A stretch of 61,475 nt of DNA, counting the filler, from Choristocarpus tenellus KU-1152 (Eukaryota; Protista; Phaeophyceae): assembly GCA_964200185.2 (NCBI GenBank). It is 12 parts of 12 records of this genome, joined end to end, with 100 filler letters (N's around TTAATTAATTAA, not from the genome) between each part and the next. Parts side by side here need not be neighbours in the genome. Positions count along the whole stretch, not along the records: positions 56,324 to 61,475 come from CAXNAD020011693.1; 11 more parts are not named here. One strand, 5' to 3'. Numbering within the stretch: the first letter of the stretch is position 1; every line of letters starts with the position of its first letter. Position numbers and translations under genes: made by a program. Positions 60,250 through 61,475 of this stretch are shown one piece after another. The notes under the pieces are model-generated. The model saw only the letters and a program-made list of their open reading frames with translations, searched no databases and was not told where the DNA came from.

Positions 60250-61170
60250 TGGCGCGCTGATCGCGATCTCTTGTGGGCTGTGTTCTCAAATTTGGAGTGG
60301 GTGAGAAGATCATTTCAGTCATTCGCCAATTTCATCATGAAACGGGGGAATATGTTCGCATGGATGAGTGGTGCCGAGTGTACATATTGGTTTGAGGTTG
60401 GACAAGGTCTTCGACAGGGTATGTTCTTGCTCCCTTTCTGTTCAACATATTCTTCACTGCAGTGCCAAGTGTAGAAGTTGAGGAGTTCAACCCTAACTTG
60501 CCCACCTCCAAGGATCTTGTTGTCATCAAAATAGCGACCACAAACAATATGCCAGATTAGAGGGGGAGGAACAGCATGGAGTGAAATAGCACTAAAGCGG
60601 CTCATGTGGGGTATGCTTTATGCTGACGATGTTGTGGGCACGTTTCTCAAGACCAAAGGAAATTTGGTCAGGATGATGATGAGCCAAAGTATCTTAATGG
60701 GTAGAGCCGCGTCCATTTGGGGGCCAAAATACAATATTGTGATATCGATGCAATTCTGACTATCGGGTTTGTTAGGAAGTGTCAATATCCTTGTTCTGGA
60801 CACACCTTTTCATAACATACAAATTTACCTACCCCGAAATATTTTGGAGTAGGAAAATGTCATAAAAAAACTCATGGGAAGCCAAGCCCCAAACGGACAA
60901 ACAGGGCAAAAATCGTACCCTTTAAGATACTTTCACTCTGATCGTGATTATGAAGGTGGCCAGGTCATTTATTTTTTCTGACTGTGTTAGAGATGAAGAC
61001 GGAGACTGCGTATCTTTGGTCCTTTAATCAGGGTGCAGACATTATGCGGATCTAGGCACTGGGCCAGAACTACAAGCGGACTCATAGGTTTAGTTACCTT
61101 GAAGGTACAATCAATGATGAAGGTGCTATCACTGCCGAGATCAGTGAAGTTTGAGGTTATGGTTGAGGCA
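60250..61170 (+). mobile_element. Degenerate RTE-type LINE reverse transcriptase, interrupted by MITE B
   Basis: DRDLLWAV..KFGVGEKIISVIRQFH, WFEVGQGLRQG.VLAPFLFNIFF and WGMLYADD; after removing the MITE, NLVRMMIVIMKV..LTVLEMKTET and YLEGTINDEGAITAEI follow. Confidence 0.88.
60681..60938. mobile_element. MITE family B (Sola-like), complete copy
   Basis: GAGCCAAAGTATCTTAATGGGTA...TACCCTTTAAGATACTTTCACTC with perfect 4-bp TSD TGAT. Removing it restores the LINE reading frame. Confidence 0.92.
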
Positions 61171-61457
61171 TGGAGTACAAAAGTAAACAACCAACCAAAG
61201 GAGGTGGTACATGTGTATGACTTGTAGCACAATGAGGTTCATGGTAGAGTTGCATTCCAAGGAAGCCGTAAAATTTTAATCCCCATAATATAAATTATTT
61301 AGGCTGCTATCTTACCCTAGTCCTTTGCATTCCTTCATCTAATCTACAATTTGTTTCTCAACAGACCAATAGATACAAAGATCTCGCCAGCCTCTCAATA
61401 CAAACATGCGCAGGAAAAGAGAGCTCCCATCTAGCTTCACGTGCGACTTCTTGGTCG

Positions 61458-61475
61458 GGCTCAAAGTATCTGGGG
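61458..61475. mobile_element. MITE family A terminus at window end
   Basis: GGCTCAAAGTATCTGGGG. Confidence 0.7.

Noticed and set aside
1-61475. A functional gene cluster or endogenous giant-virus segment
   Set aside because: The genes lie on separate, artificially concatenated contigs and are spliced host genes or TEs. I saw no viral hallmark gene or gene-dense intronless block.

Overview
This is eukaryotic genomic DNA, not a prokaryotic locus. It consists of 12 short contigs joined by artificial 100-nt linkers (N44-TTAATTAATTAA-N44), so adjacency across a linker means nothing biologically. The gene families present (a fungal-type Zn2Cys6 factor with an RLSPSPAAGLSGLME box, exostosin GT47, RTE- and CRE-type LINEs) and the intron-rich genes suggest a brown alga or related stramenopile; this is inference, since I could not run a search. 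By reading splice sites I rebuilt partial spliced models for a TMEM185-family protein and calnexin (head-to-head), an exostosin-like GT47, a Zn(II)2Cys6 factor, ASPM and cyclin H. I also rebuilt a complete, stop-free 7-exon MULE/MuDR transposase ORF (643 aa) whose first catalytic Asp and CxxH His are substituted. The rest is mostly TE debris: RTE and CRE LINEs, Copia gag/RT/integrase, LTRs, pogo, hAT and a Tc1-type MITE. Three related MITE families with G(A/G)-starting TIRs and 4-bp TSDs (Sola-like) are abundant, and one of them lies at 10 contig or window ends. Three independent gene models use CAG|GC donors. I found no CRISPR array, rRNA, complete tRNA or viral gene. I see no clearly novel multi-gene system; the best leads are the catalytically altered but intact MULE gene, the Sola-like MITE network, and an in-frame intron that splits a Zn cluster.
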